Source: Eukaryota sp. GEM-RC1
Lineage: Eukaryota
Length of the DNA stretch: 64,000 bases
Assembly: GCA_040285855.1 (NCBI GenBank)
Contig: JAUFOQ010000001.1
Coordinates: 1,736,001-1,800,000, forward strand
Direction: 5' to 3'
In this document: positions 25,594 to 37,772 of the stretch, piece after piece
Position numbering within the stretch: the first letter of the stretch is position 1
How the letters are laid out: each line of letters begins with the position of its first letter
The notes under the pieces: model-generated
The model's input: the letters and a program-made list of their open reading frames with translations, nothing else
Told to the model about the DNA's origin: nothing
Database searches by the model: none
Translations under genes and position numbers: made by a program

Positions 25594-26235
25594 ATGTCAC
25601 TAAGACTACCCGAACCTGTACCAGAAGAGAGTCAGACCTTCGAAGACTCGCAACAGTTCTGGTTGACAAGCCAGACGCCTCCAGTAGTGGTACAAAGAAC
25701 CAGCTCTCAGCCGGTGGCCATTCCCTACACTGTGAACCCTGAGATACCAATTGAATACCAGCCCACTGAAGAGAAGAAGGCATACAAGCCTGGAGACAAA
25801 AAGGGAATAAGTCAACTCACTCATGACTTAGTGTTATTTCTGCAGCGAAATGGATCTGCAACACTACAAGAGTTAGAACGAGAGGCCGGAATAGACTATA
25901 GAAGGGGATATGAGATTCTGCAGATACTGGTCTCAATAGGTGTAGTTGAGAAGATAAGGGAGAGTTGTCCTGAGGGAAAGGAGCATATAGTAGTATTCAA
26001 CTATCTTGGCGGTGATCCAATTGATGTACCATTGCCGTTGAAGGATATTGTGACGGAAGTGGAAAGGCGTCAGGTAAACATATTATACCTAGACAAACTC
26101 AATCACAGACTAGACCAGATGATCAACAGCAAGGATGAGAAAGATCCATTCGATCCTGAGTTGTTGGACATAATGTGTCAAGTTCAAGAAATTGAAAACA
26201 GTGGTGCAAAAAATGAGAAAGATCGTTTACTTTAG
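25594..26235 (+). CDS. E2F/DP-family winged-helix transcription factor
   Basis: KGISQLTHDLVLFLQ..GIDYRRGYEILQILVSIGVVEK resembles the E2F RRxYD..NVL..IG.IEK motif. Confidence 0.75.
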   Translation: MSLRLPEPVPEESQTFEDSQQFWLTSQTPPVVVQRTSSQPVAIPYTVNPEIPIEYQPTEEKKAYKPGDKKGISQLTHDLVLFLQRNGSATLQELEREAGIDYRRGYEILQILVSIGVVEKIRESCPEGKEHIVVFNYLGGDPIDVPLPLKDIVTEVERRQVNILYLDKLNHRLDQMINSKDEKDPFDPELLDIMCQVQEIENSGAKNEKDRLL

Positions 26236-26427
26236 TACAGGATGTATTACCAGTAAATATACTTAAGATCTAAATTGCATATTTTCAGAGTAAACTTGTA
26301 GTCCAAGCTGGGTTATTTTCGACCGTTTTGGACAAGTTTCAGAAACTGATATAGCCATTGTGATAATTTGTTTATGATTGAGCAAATGGGAATGATTTAA
26401 CACACAAAAAGAAACCTCAAGTGAAGT

Positions 26428-26788
26428 CTACTGAGATATCTGGGGAGACTTCCGTTGTCTTTGTTTCTTCTTCATTACTTTACTTTTAGTCTTCAGCTCG
26501 AGGAAAGATGCGTTCATTATAGTAGAGAGCTGTTGATTGAACTTGTTGTGGTCTTTTGTAAGACAACTGTACTGATTTTTTCTCCGGTTTTACGGCCTGT
26601 TGTTGCACGTATTAGACATGCTCCTATATCTTTCTGTGTTGTTGGAGACGGTGTAGATACTGAGATCAAAGAAGTAGAGGAGACATACTGCGTTTCATTG
26701 AGATCCACACACTATGCTTCTCCCTAGAGTTTTTATACAGGTCTTCTAAAGCATTGAGAAAGGCGTTGTTACTTAATCGGGATGTCAT
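26428..26788 (-). CDS. SRP14: Signal recognition particle 14 kDa subunit
   Basis: LSNNAFLNALEDLY..SVWISMKR..CLIRAT..KISTVV..Lys-rich tail; intron 26660-26688; one A missing near 26555. Confidence 0.88.
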
Positions 26789-26861
26789 ATCAAGAATGAT
26801 GAGGCTAGATGCAAGTCTAGAAGAATGACAAGTTTTCTTAACATAACAATTCATCAACTCC

Positions 26862-27806
26862 ATGAACATCGATCTTCCACTCATCATCTCTGAAGAAGTC
26901 CAATCTGCTCTTGAATCTGGACTTCCCATTGTTGCTCTTGAATCTACTATCATAACACATGGCAGTATGTCTTTAGCTGCGCTCATATAAGTGCCATATC
27001 CTCAAAATCTTGAAACTGCCCGTGACGTGGAAGCTATTGTTAGAGAACATGGATCTATACCAGCCACAATTGCCATCATTAACGGTATCATCCATGCAGG
27101 TCTTGTTGATGTTCAACTTGAGTCTCTTGCTAAAGGAGGAGATAATGTTGTTAAGGCCTCAAGACGTGATTTAGGTTACGTCCTGATGAAGAAACTATCT
27201 GCCGGAACCACCGTCAGTGCCACAATGTTGATCTGTAAACTTGCCAACATTCCCATCTTCGCAACTGGTGGTCTAGGTGGGGTATCTCGTGGCTATGACC
27301 AGATTCTAGATATATCCACTGATCTGACTGAATTCGCAAAGAGTAACATTATGGTTGTAAGTGCTGGTTGTAAGAGTATCATGGATATCCCTAATACATT
27401 GGAATACCTAGAAACCGAAGGAATCCCTGTAGTTGGATATCAAACGCTTGACTGCCCTTCGTTCTATTCCCAACGCTCTGGTATCAAGCTCCCATGTTCA
27501 GTTGATTCTGCTCTGGAGGCTGCAGTGCTGTACAAATACACTCAGGCTATCTCTCCTTCTGGAGTTTTGGTGGCTAATCCTATTCCAAAGGAGTTTGAGA
27601 TTCCTAATGAAGAGATTGAGCCAGTTATAAGTGAAGCTTTGGATGATGCTAGTAGTAATGATGTTAGTGGGAAGGATGTTACACCGTATTTATTGAAAGC
27701 TATTGTGGAGAAAACTGGAGGTAAAAGTTTAGTTACGAATATTCATTTAATTAAGAATAATGCAAAGTTGGCCTCTCAAATTGCTGTAGAACTTAGTAAG
27801 TTGTAG
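26862..27806 (+). CDS. psuG: Pseudouridine-5'-phosphate glycosidase (stand-alone)
   Basis: VALESTIITHGMPYPQN (after 27-nt intron 26965-26991), TTVSATM, FATGGLGGV, GKDVTPYLL. Confidence 0.95.
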
Positions 27807-28109
27807 ATTGCCCACCGATGTCCACCATCTTCTGAATATTGATTGACTTGTTTTCTCAAGGTTTTTTATGAGATTTTCTTAGTTCAAAATTCGTATTCTG
27901 AGCTAAATTATTGATAACAACAATACAAGATTACTGATTATTGGTAGTATTTCCGGTTGATTTTCGCTTTCTGTTCGTCAATGTGATAGTTTACCGTTTC
28001 AATTTTTGTTTCTGTGAATGGGGTGATATACGTTGTTCGTCAACCAATGGTACTGTACAAAACACATCAAACAAGTCTAGATTTTAAAATTCTGTCCGCT
28101 ACTACAACC

Positions 28110-28673
28110 ATGTTCTCAACAACCAAAACTAGACCACGCTATGGCACACGCGAAGGGCGCGTCACTCCCAAGGAAGATACTACACACACACTGTTGCTCG
28201 ATTTGCCAGATTTGCTTCACAAGATGAGGATGAATCACATTGACGAAATACACTTAACGTCAACCAGAATTTCTTCCTATGAGATCACTTCTATCGCTGA
28301 AGGACTGAACCGCAATTCTTCAGTTCAGTATCTCTTCCTTAGTCACACAGGTATAGGTGATTCAGGGGCTGCTGCGATTGCTAGGGCTTTAGGAAGGAAC
28401 CAAACTGTGTCTAGTGTTTACCTTATTGGAAACAATATCGGAGATGAAGGAGCCATCGCATTGGCTGAAACTTTGAAAACGAACACATCGCTTCGGCTTC
28501 TCAATCTATCTAGGAATTCCATCAGCTACAATGGTGCTGTTGCTCTAGCTGAAGCCTTAAAGGTGAATTCCGTTGTCAAACTGATATATGATGGTAACTC
28601 TTTTGGCTTTGATGGGTCCACGTTACTCAGTGAAGCGAGAAATAGACCCTATCTCACATATCCACGGTTTTGA
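28110..28673 (+). CDS. NLRC3/RI-like LRR protein
   Basis: 28-aa repeats LxxNxIGDxGAxAIAxAL. Confidence 0.85.
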   Translation: MFSTTKTRPRYGTREGRVTPKEDTTHTLLLDLPDLLHKMRMNHIDEIHLTSTRISSYEITSIAEGLNRNSSVQYLFLSHTGIGDSGAAAIARALGRNQTVSSVYLIGNNIGDEGAIALAETLKTNTSLRLLNLSRNSISYNGAVALAEALKVNSVVKLIYDGNSFGFDGSTLLSEARNRPYLTYPRF

Positions 28674-29036
28674 ATTACTGGTGGAAACTCCATGTATCAT
28701 AGTTGTTATTGTTGGTCGTAAGACTAAAACACCAATAAAAATTGATATTTATGGCAAGTTGTTTGTTTGAAGTTTAACTAACAACACACGTGCCAAAAAG
28801 ATGACAGCAGGGCTATTCTGCAGAACAATGTTGGATCAACGAGAATGTCTGCAGTAGAGTACTATGTGTGCTTGTACACAAATTTTTCACAGTCCCTTAT
28901 AAGTGTTTGATGCAGTAAACAGAAGCAATATTAAGTGTGTAAGCATACACGTTATCCTTCTAAGGACTACAAATTATGTCAAGAAAATTGGAAAAGTGAA
29001 GAGTAGAATTTAATTTTTCCCACTCTTCCACACAAT

Positions 29037-29540
29037 ATGCCACCATCACCTGAATTGAGCAGCATTCTACACCACCTAAAGGCCAATGATATACATGAGA
29101 TCTACTTAACTGGCAAGTCCATTACGACTGAAGATGCTTTTGAGATTGCAAAGCTACTTAAAATTAATTCGTCAGTACACTACGTGTTTCTAGGCCATAA
29201 CACTATCGGAACGGAAGGAGCAATTGCTATTGCGGCAGCATTAAAGGTGAATTCCTCTGTCACCAATATCTATCTTGAAGGAAACGCCATAGGAGATGGG
29301 GGAGCCATAGCAATCGCTGAAGCCATCAAAGAGAGTAAAACGCTGACTTGGTTAAACCTGGGAGACAACTCCATTGAGAACCGTGGTGCCCTTGCCATAG
29401 CCGAATCTTTGCGAGTCAACTCTTCTGTCACTAAAATCTATCTTGGTGGAAACAAGTTTGACCAAGGTGCAATTGACGCACTGATAAGCGCAGCTAACAA
29501 AGAGGTCGAACTATTACCTAATTTCCGGGCAAGCTCCTAA
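29037..29540 (+). CDS. NLRC3/RI-like LRR protein (tandem paralog)
   Basis: Same 28-aa repeat and shared EIYLT cap. Confidence 0.85.
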   Translation: MPPSPELSSILHHLKANDIHEIYLTGKSITTEDAFEIAKLLKINSSVHYVFLGHNTIGTEGAIAIAAALKVNSSVTNIYLEGNAIGDGGAIAIAEAIKESKTLTWLNLGDNSIENRGALAIAESLRVNSSVTKIYLGGNKFDQGAIDALISAANKEVELLPNFRASS

Positions 29541-30198
29541 TCTTTGGATAATTTTCAAAGATCAATATTTCAAAAAAATACATGTATATCAGAACTCGAA
29601 TTTATAAACAACACAACATCATAAGTGTCACAGATTCATTGTTCAAAACGCTATCATCTTCTATCTACTGAGAAAGTATAGAGTTTGAATGTCAACCAAT
29701 ATCATACTCTGACTGACAGTCTGTTCCCTCACAATCGTTGAAATGATGGACTTCAATGTTTCACAATCTGTGTTTGTAACCGATAGAAAAACCACCGGAG
29801 AGCATCGTCAAACACAAACAGTCCATGTAGTATTGAAAGACAATGAAGCTGTAAATAGTCCACAAATAGGATTCAAACAGTGTGCCGCAGGGAAACTACT
29901 TTGCACTGATTCTTCAGGAATATTGCATCTACCACATCTACCACAGAGAAGAAGACTAAGAGAACAAACACAGGATTTGTGTCGATAAGAAAGCAAAATT
30001 AATGAAATTAAATTAATGATTTTCTTCTTCAATTTTTGATCATGGTCATCTCAAGCTAAATATCGTAAGCGTTCTATTTATGACAATACAGCAAAACTGA
30101 CCGATCAAGATTGTGTTGGTGCTTTAACTGCTCCAGTAGTTCGTTAGTTATCAGTTCAAAATTGAAATACAAATTTGCAACTTCTCAACCAAGTGTCT

Positions 30199-30915
30199 AT
30201 GAGTTCTTCCGAACACAAGTGCGGCATTTGCAAGAACACTTTCATGACACCTGTTACTATTGGCTGTGATCACAGTTTCTGTTACTCTTGTCTGTTACAA
30301 TATTTGGATGACAACAACTCCTGTCCAATCTGTCATTCTCTTGTTAACTTATCAACACTTAAACCCAACTTAGAGTTACAGGAAGAAGTAGAAAACTCTA
30401 AACCCAGACCTATATACATTCCTGACAAAGTGAAGGGTATCGTTCGTGTCCTTGAACTCAATTGCTCGACTGAAGTGTATCTTACGAGTAGATCCATTGG
30501 ATCTGAAGCAGCCATCGCGATTGCAGACCGCTTGAAATCCAACACGTCCGTTCGCTACCTATTTCTAGGAGACAACTCCATTGGCCCTGAAGGAGCAATC
30601 GCTATATCCAATGCACTAAGGTACAATTCCTCCATAACTAGTATTTACCTCGGGGCAAACTCTATCGGTGACGTTGGAGTAATTGCAATAGCAGAGGCAC
30701 TAAAGGTCAACTCATCAGTTCAACGTATCAATCTTGGTGATAATGCTATCATCAGTGACCGTGGAGCTCTTGCTCTTGCCAGTGCCTTGAAAGTCAATTC
30801 ATCTGTGATTACAATTTACCTTGGAGGTAATTGTTTAAGCTCAGATGCGATCGGTGTCTTGAAAGAAGCCGTACGAAAAAATGGTAAGCACCGTGATGTT
30901 CAATTGATTCTTTAA
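30199..30915 (+). CDS. RING finger + RI-like LRR protein
   Basis: CGIC..CDHSFCYSC..CPIC C3HC4 RING followed by LRRs. Confidence 0.9.
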   Translation: MSSSEHKCGICKNTFMTPVTIGCDHSFCYSCLLQYLDDNNSCPICHSLVNLSTLKPNLELQEEVENSKPRPIYIPDKVKGIVRVLELNCSTEVYLTSRSIGSEAAIAIADRLKSNTSVRYLFLGDNSIGPEGAIAISNALRYNSSITSIYLGANSIGDVGVIAIAEALKVNSSVQRINLGDNAIISDRGALALASALKVNSSVITIYLGGNCLSSDAIGVLKEAVRKNGKHRDVQLIL

Positions 30916-31488
30916 TTAATAATTGTCTCAATTCTTGACATTTGTAAAATATCTATAAAAAAATTGTCTATTCTTGCAACTCTTTCTCTATGGATGATAC
31001 AAATACATACTCAAGTAATAACTCTCAATGAAAAACCTTCATACATGAATCGATGTGGACACCAGACACTACATTTGCGCTTTTGATAGATTTACTTATA
31101 TCTTGGCAAGGTCCCTTAACACTAACAACAATGATAGGTATGGAACAATAATGTTGATCATTTACTTCACGTGTGTTAGCAGTAAGTAGAAGTGCTTTTC
31201 ATGTGTAATTCTGTTATACTTGCCTCATTTTTTTACTTGTTTTGATTTCGGTAAAAAGTTCAACAGTGGTTTTTAGAGAGATCGTCTAGTATTTGCTGTA
31301 TTTCGTTCTATGAACAATTACTTTGATGATATCTTGAAGATTTTGTTTGGTGATGGAGAATTTTGTGTGATGGGGTAGGTTTATCTGTCTGTATATTTCC
31401 TTTAGTGTCAGTTTATAGAATACAGCACTTTTTTACTTGTCTGACTGAATTTAAATGGTACGAGAAATCTCCTTTTATTATCATGCTT

Positions 31489-33466
31489 TTACTCAGTAGG
31501 CTCAACTGAAGCGAAACTAGAAAAAACGACAGAAATAAATATACAAAGTACAGCAAAATACCAGAAGCGAGTATACTTCGACTTTTTAGGTATGATTTCA
31601 AGCACATGATTACGATACCATAACCCAGCAAATGGATAATAATAACCAATACTTAATCTGGGAAGCGTTCCAGTGAGATTAACTGAAGAATTGCCCACGG
31701 ACTTAATTGTTAACGTATAATTAATCAGATTTGCAGTGATTTCGAGTAACTTCCCCGGATTCCAGTGACCTTGATTTCCTGAGAGACAACCCCGAATAGC
31801 ACCATTGTTGTGAAAACAATGAGCATTCATCCAACAACAACTTCCAACAACATCAAAATTAGACTGGTCAATGACTCCAACAACAAGGCTACTAATATTC
31901 CCCTGGTACTTCAACTTCCAAGCATATACATTACCTGGAAGAAGTGGATATTCACCCAAGATACTTTTGACACCATCAACACCACTACCAACAACTCTCT
32001 TACCATCCCGACTAACTCTTAAAGCAGAATGTTTCCTAGCTTGAGAGAATCTAATCATTTTAGATTGACATCCTCTAGTGGTCTTTTTTGTTCGTTCAAT
32101 TTCCCGTTGTAAATGACTTATGTTGGCAACAATTCTGGAAGTTTCTGCCTCTAAACGAGAATTTTGATACAAGTGAATCGTCTTTAATTGTTGGATCTCT
32201 ACTTGTAAATTCTCAACATTTTTCGAGTATTTTTCTTTTAAATTCTGAATTTTTGAATCAAAAATAGAAACTTTTTTAGATAAGTATGAATTTTTGCCTT
32301 TGAGACCAGAGTTTTCTTCTTTTAAAGAACGATTTTCAGTTAGACTTTCCTCTACAGAATTCTTTAAAGACACGTTTTCCTCATCAAGTCTACTGATTTC
32401 TAGATTTAATTTCAAATTTTCATCAACAAGAACATCAGTATTAGCATTTAAAGAAGATTCATTTTCTTTTATCAATGAAGATCGGCCAGCATCACTACCA
32501 GCAGCTTCCAAAACCACGGAATTTTTCAAAACTTCAATTATTTCATTAATTTTTGGTCTTGATAAAGGATCTGGGTTCATACATTTCTTAATTAATTCCT
32601 TTAAACACGTGGGTGTTGATTTGTCGAAAGGTAATGGTTTGTCCCTCATTTTGGCGTCATAAATCTGCGTACATGTACATCCTTCAAAGGCTTCTTTCCC
32701 AGTAAGAAGTTCATATAAAACTACTCCAAGTGAATATATATCACTAGCAGGACTAGAACCGAAATCAAACTGCTCAGGAGCAGCATACTTTGGGGTCATT
32801 GCATTAGATCTGGTAATAAGCGTTGTAGCAGAAAGGTTTTTAGAGGTACCGAAATCAGAAACTCTAACGTGATCATCGACCAGTAGAATGTTTGCTGGTT
32901 TTAGATCTCCATGAATTACGGACTTTAGGTGGAGAAATTTAACTGCTTGGGACAACTCCTTGGCGTATCTCAAAGTTGATGGCGTGAGGGAGTTTGGGGA
33001 GGTGAGGGAAGAAGAAGCTCGTTCCATAACAATGCCAATGGAATCTTGGAAGGAGGACATTCCAAAGACACGAAGTATGGACGGATGGTTGAGGTTAGTT
33101 AGGAGATTCAGTTCTTGTTGGAGTTTGATTCTTCCTTTCTCTGTGAGAGACACCATTTTGACAACAACGGGGAGATCGAACCATTTGGCAGAGTATACAA
33201 CTGCAAACCCTCCTTCCGCAATTTTTTCTCCAAGATCGATCTGATCAGGAAGGAATTTGGGGGCAAAGATCACCATTACGAGAAGCCTGAACAAGATCTT
33301 GCAGGGCAAAGTTCACCTTTCTCTCCTTCAGGCAAATACTGGTACAAAGAGGACATTTATTTAGCTGCGCTGAACATCCGGAGCAAACGGTGTGACCTTC
33401 GCCACAGATAAGTAGGGGAATGCGATCAGAGAGATTGAAAGACTCACAGCAACAGAAGCATTCCAT
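31489..33466 (-). CDS. RING + protein kinase + coiled coil + SPRY-like + C-terminal hydrophobic segment
   Basis: MECFCC..GHTVCSGC..CPLC; HGDLKPANILL, DFG, YAAPE; one extra C near 33249 separates ORFs 33245-33613 and 31489-33309. Confidence 0.88.
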
Positions 33467-34874
33467 GAAGCGGTGATTGAAGATCAAAACATGTCTCTCA
33501 CTTCGAATTTTTAAGGTGTTTGCAATTACTTCTATAGTCAAACCTCTATAATTGCACGGAAATTGTGTGTAATTAGAACTCTGTGTCAGATAACTTGTTG
33601 TTCCTATTAACAAATATGAATCTGACGGTTTTCTCCTAATGTGTTGTTTGTTAGCAGAAATACAGTTGATTTCATTTGCATCTTCGTTTCTGTGTGGTAA
33701 GATGTTACAACAGTGAATCTGATTGCATTCAAAGACTCAGTTTCAGTGACTTTATTCATCAATCATTAGAAGAATCTTTATTGAAATGAGAATTAATTGC
33801 CACAATCTGAAAAAGAACATCTAAGGCACCATACAATGTGATGTATTCTTCCAACTATATTTCAAAAGCCGATTGCTGGTACAGCTTGATCAAGATTCTT
33901 ACTTCCATCAACAAGTCATTCTTACACGATAGCTATGGTAATTGTGAGTGATTTGATGTTGTGCTATTTTAAAGTGATTGAGTTCTGTGGTTTATTAAAG
34001 AGCATTTCGTTGAAGAACTATCGTACTTCAAAACCCATACTACTATTTACTCAAATATATCAGCATGAGCATCACTAAGGTAGTAAAGACTACACGAAAA
34101 TTGTGCGTAACAGTTGAAAGGACCAATGTTGAGTTGTCGAGCAATTCAGTCAAAACGAGAAACTCTTGATTATTGCCAGTACAGTACAGGGTCAATAATA
34201 CGTTTGCTAGTTTTAGTCTGTTGTATGGAATAGTATGGTAATAGATTTCGATATTGCACCCATGGGAGTTCATGTTCAATCTCCGAAGCCTTTGTCAAAC
34301 AACAGAGAAGCTTAATGATGTAGAAAAAGCGTACAATATATGTGATCATTTGGTTGTTAGAACTCGAAAGACGACTTTTGTCATAAATGAGTTCATGTAG
34401 GTAAGTCTATTCTTCGTCCTGTCTTTGTATCTATAACTACTTTCGGTGTAGCTTGCTCTATTAGCTCTCAGTAGTTTTTATGAAGAACAAGCTGATGTGA
34501 GTTAAATGGCAATGATTGTTGCTTTAATGATATTGAGTTCTAGTTTTTGTGTTTATCTTACTGTTTTTGTTCCATAAAGAATAAGTGATTATACAAAAAA
34601 CTTTGACTGATCATTTCTGTCAATTTTTAAATGTGATGGTTTGGTCAGTGTGAACAAGACTCTTTCAAACAATGCTTGAAGTTAGCTACATAACATCCTT
34701 GAAATGCACAAAACAAGAAATTAAAAAATTTATCGACGATTTTTACAAAAATTTGAACAATTGTGTATCGAAAAGCGATGTTTACTTCTTACAACATGTT
34801 CCCGAAACAGTGATTGAATTTTGTGACTTTGGTCTCATTCAAAGTGTAATGTCAAGAAAACTCGGTCTTAATTA

Positions 34875-36803
34875 TCAAGTTGGTACTATTGGTAAACAAG
34901 TTTTCACACAGTTACATGAATGCTTATAATAAAGCATTAAAAAGAAACAGAAAAACACTGATATCAAAAGGAAATACGAATATGCAGTGTACTTGCTAGG
35001 TATGATTTCAAGTACGTGATTACTATTAGACAACCAGACATATGGATAGTAATAACTACTACTTAATCTGGGAAGAGTTCCAGTAAGATTAATTGATGAC
35101 CGACTCACAGATTTGATTGTTAAAGAGTAATTAATCAGATTTACAGTGATTTCGAGTAATTCACCGGGACTCCACTGGACCATGTTTCCTGAGAGACAAC
35201 CACCAAAACTACCATTATTGTGGAAACAGTGAGCACTGTTCCAACAACTTCCATCAACACTAAACTTAGATTCGTCAATGATTCCAACAATAAGACCTTC
35301 AGTAGACCCCTGGTACCTCAACTTCCAGGTATACTTTTTACCTGGAAGAAGTGGATTTTCTCCCAAGATACTTCTGGCACTAATGTTTCTTCTTCTACCG
35401 GTAACAACTCTCGTTCCATCCTGAGTAACTTGTAAATCAGAATGTTTTCTTGTTTTAGAGAATTTGATCAATTTTGATTGAGGAACTGAATGGCCACATC
35501 TAGTGGTCCTTTTGAACAATTTCATTAACCGTTCGAAATGAATTTTGTAGTCAATAACTCTAGAATTTGCAGGTTTTAGACGATTAAATCCATTAACCAC
35601 CGTATTTAATTTGTCAATCTCTTCCTGTAAATCCCTAACAATGTCTGAGTGTTGTACTTTTAAAGTCTGAAGTTCTGCACGATAACTGGAAACTGTTCTA
35701 GATAAATGAGAGTTTTGTTCATCAAGTCTACTGATTTCCTGGATTAACTTCAGATTTTCACAATCAAGAACCTCATTTCTAGCCTTCAAAGAAGATGCAT
35801 TTTCTTTGTTCATAAGAGACCGGGCATAATCATCATCAACAGCTTCCAAAACCACGGAATTTTTCAAAACTTCAATTATTTCATTAATTTTTGGTCTTAA
35901 TAAAGGATCTGGGTTCATACATTTCTTAATCAATTCCTTTAAACACGTGGGTGTTGATTTGTCGAAAGGCAATGGTTTGTCCCTCATTTTGGCGTCATAA
36001 ATCTGCGTGCATGTACATCCTTCAAAGGCTTCTTTCCCAGTAAGAAGTTCATACAAAACTACTCCAAGTGAATATATATCACTAGCAGGACTAGGATCTG
36101 AATAATATTGCTCAAGAGCAGCATACTTTGGGGTCATTGCATTAGATCTGGTAATAAGAGTAGTAGCTGAAAGGTTTTTAGAGGTACCAAAATCGGCAAC
36201 TCTAACGTGATCATCGACCAGTAGTATGTTTGCTGGTTTTAGATCTCCATGAACTACAGACTTTAGGTGGATGAATTTCACAGCTTGACATAGCTCCTTG
36301 GCGTATCTCAAAGTTGATGACGTGAGAGAGTTAGGGGAAGGGATGGAAGAAGAAGCTCTTTCCATTACAATACCAATGGAATCGTGGAAGAAGGAGATGC
36401 CAAAGACACGGAGTATGGACGGATGGTTGAGGTTGATCAGGAGATTCAGTTCTTGTTTAAGTTTGATTCTGCCCTTCTCAGTTAGAGACACTATTTTGAC
36501 AGCAACGGGGAGATCGAACCATTTGGCGGCACATACAAGAGCAAAGCCTCCTTCAGCAATTTTTTGTCCGAGAACGATCTCAGTGGAAGGAATTTGGGGA
36601 CATAGATCACCACTACTAGAAGCCTGTAAAAGATCTTGCAAGGCGAAGTTCTCCTCCGTCTTTTTCAGACAGTTGATATCACAGAGAGGACATTTATACA
36701 GTTGTGATGAGCATCGAGAACAGACAGTGTGACCTTCGGTACAGATCAGTAGAGGACGGCGATCAGAGAGATCGAAAGATTTGTAGCAAGAGAAGCATTC
36801 CAT
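34875..36803 (-). CDS. RING + protein kinase + coiled coil + SPRY-like + C-terminal hydrophobic segment
   Basis: Intact ORF from MECFSC; tandem paralog of 31489-33466; tail YFLLISVFFCFFLMLYY. Confidence 0.92.
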   Translation of the reverse strand: MECFSCYKSFDLSDRRPLLICTEGHTVCSRCSSQLYKCPLCDINCLKKTEENFALQDLLQASSSGDLCPQIPSTEIVLGQKIAEGGFALVCAAKWFDLPVAVKIVSLTEKGRIKLKQELNLLINLNHPSILRVFGISFFHDSIGIVMERASSSIPSPNSLTSSTLRYAKELCQAVKFIHLKSVVHGDLKPANILLVDDHVRVADFGTSKNLSATTLITRSNAMTPKYAALEQYYSDPSPASDIYSLGVVLYELLTGKEAFEGCTCTQIYDAKMRDKPLPFDKSTPTCLKELIKKCMNPDPLLRPKINEIIEVLKNSVVLEAVDDDYARSLMNKENASSLKARNEVLDCENLKLIQEISRLDEQNSHLSRTVSSYRAELQTLKVQHSDIVRDLQEEIDKLNTVVNGFNRLKPANSRVIDYKIHFERLMKLFKRTTRCGHSVPQSKLIKFSKTRKHSDLQVTQDGTRVVTGRRRNISARSILGENPLLPGKKYTWKLRYQGSTEGLIVGIIDESKFSVDGSCWNSAHCFHNNGSFGGCLSGNMVQWSPGELLEITVNLINYSLTIKSVSRSSINLTGTLPRLSSSYYYPYVWLSNSNHVLEIIPSKYTAYSYFLLISVFFCFFLMLYYKHSCNCVKTCLPIVPT

Positions 36804-36959
36804 TGAAATATACACCTTTGTATTTTAATTAGGGTGGAGATGAACGTGATTTTCTTCAATCAAAAATAAGAAATGATCTAATTCTCATCTACAAGTTCAT
36901 GAGGATAAAGCATGATCAGTTCGGTAATGAACTAAGATATATCTTCCATGTGATCAGTA

Positions 36960-37140
36960 CACATGAAAGTTGAGGTACCATGGTTGCAGTGTTTTTGTTT
37001 TTGTTGGAGTTATTGACGAGTGAAAATGCATTGTGAAGGTAGTTGTCATCTGAATGCTCTTCCTAGTCTAAGTAGTGACAATTATAATGTATTCGCGGTG
37101 TTGTTACACCGTGACGATGTCCTTAAAGTTATTGAATAGT
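36960..37140 (+). pseudogene. Decayed solo SPRY-module relic
   Basis: AAGTTGAGGTACC, GTTGGAGTTATTGACGAG and CTTCCTAGTCTAAGTAGTG blocks match the family tail. Confidence 0.6.
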
Positions 37141-37772
37141 CAGGTGCTGACAAAATTGCCACATTGTGAATTGTTTTTCCTTGACAGCAGATAGTCAAAT
37201 AAACTTTGCATTCAGAAGCATTGACGAGTATAATACATGTATTTGCTAGTGATGGCTAACACTTAACTCATCCTAAAATGGATCACTAACTGTGAACAAA
37301 TCGGGGGTTAATTTTCGTAAGAAATGAAGCCACATTTTGATCAAAGTGCGGTAGGTTTCATTTTTAAAATTAATAATTCTAGGTGTTGAGATATTTCTGC
37401 TGACGTACAAAATCTCCTCAGTACTGCTCTGAGTGGTAATCATTTTGCCCTTTAGTTAAACAAGCAACAAAGTACTATCCAATACCGACCAATCTGTTAC
37501 CCTTCATTACTAAGTAGAAGGCTCTCGACTGTGTTAAAGGAATACATGAATTATTGGTATACAGTTGAGTTAGGATTTTGTATAACATATTACATGTATT
37601 CTGAACACGTGTTATGGTTTGATACATACCGATTTTTGCTGAGAAATTGACTCTAATGTGGATCGAATACAAGGTTTGGAAGCATTCACTTTACTTTTTT
37701 CAAAAAATATGTGAAAACTTTGGAATAATAAGTGATTCTATAAAAGATACATAACATTGCAATAACACAAAT

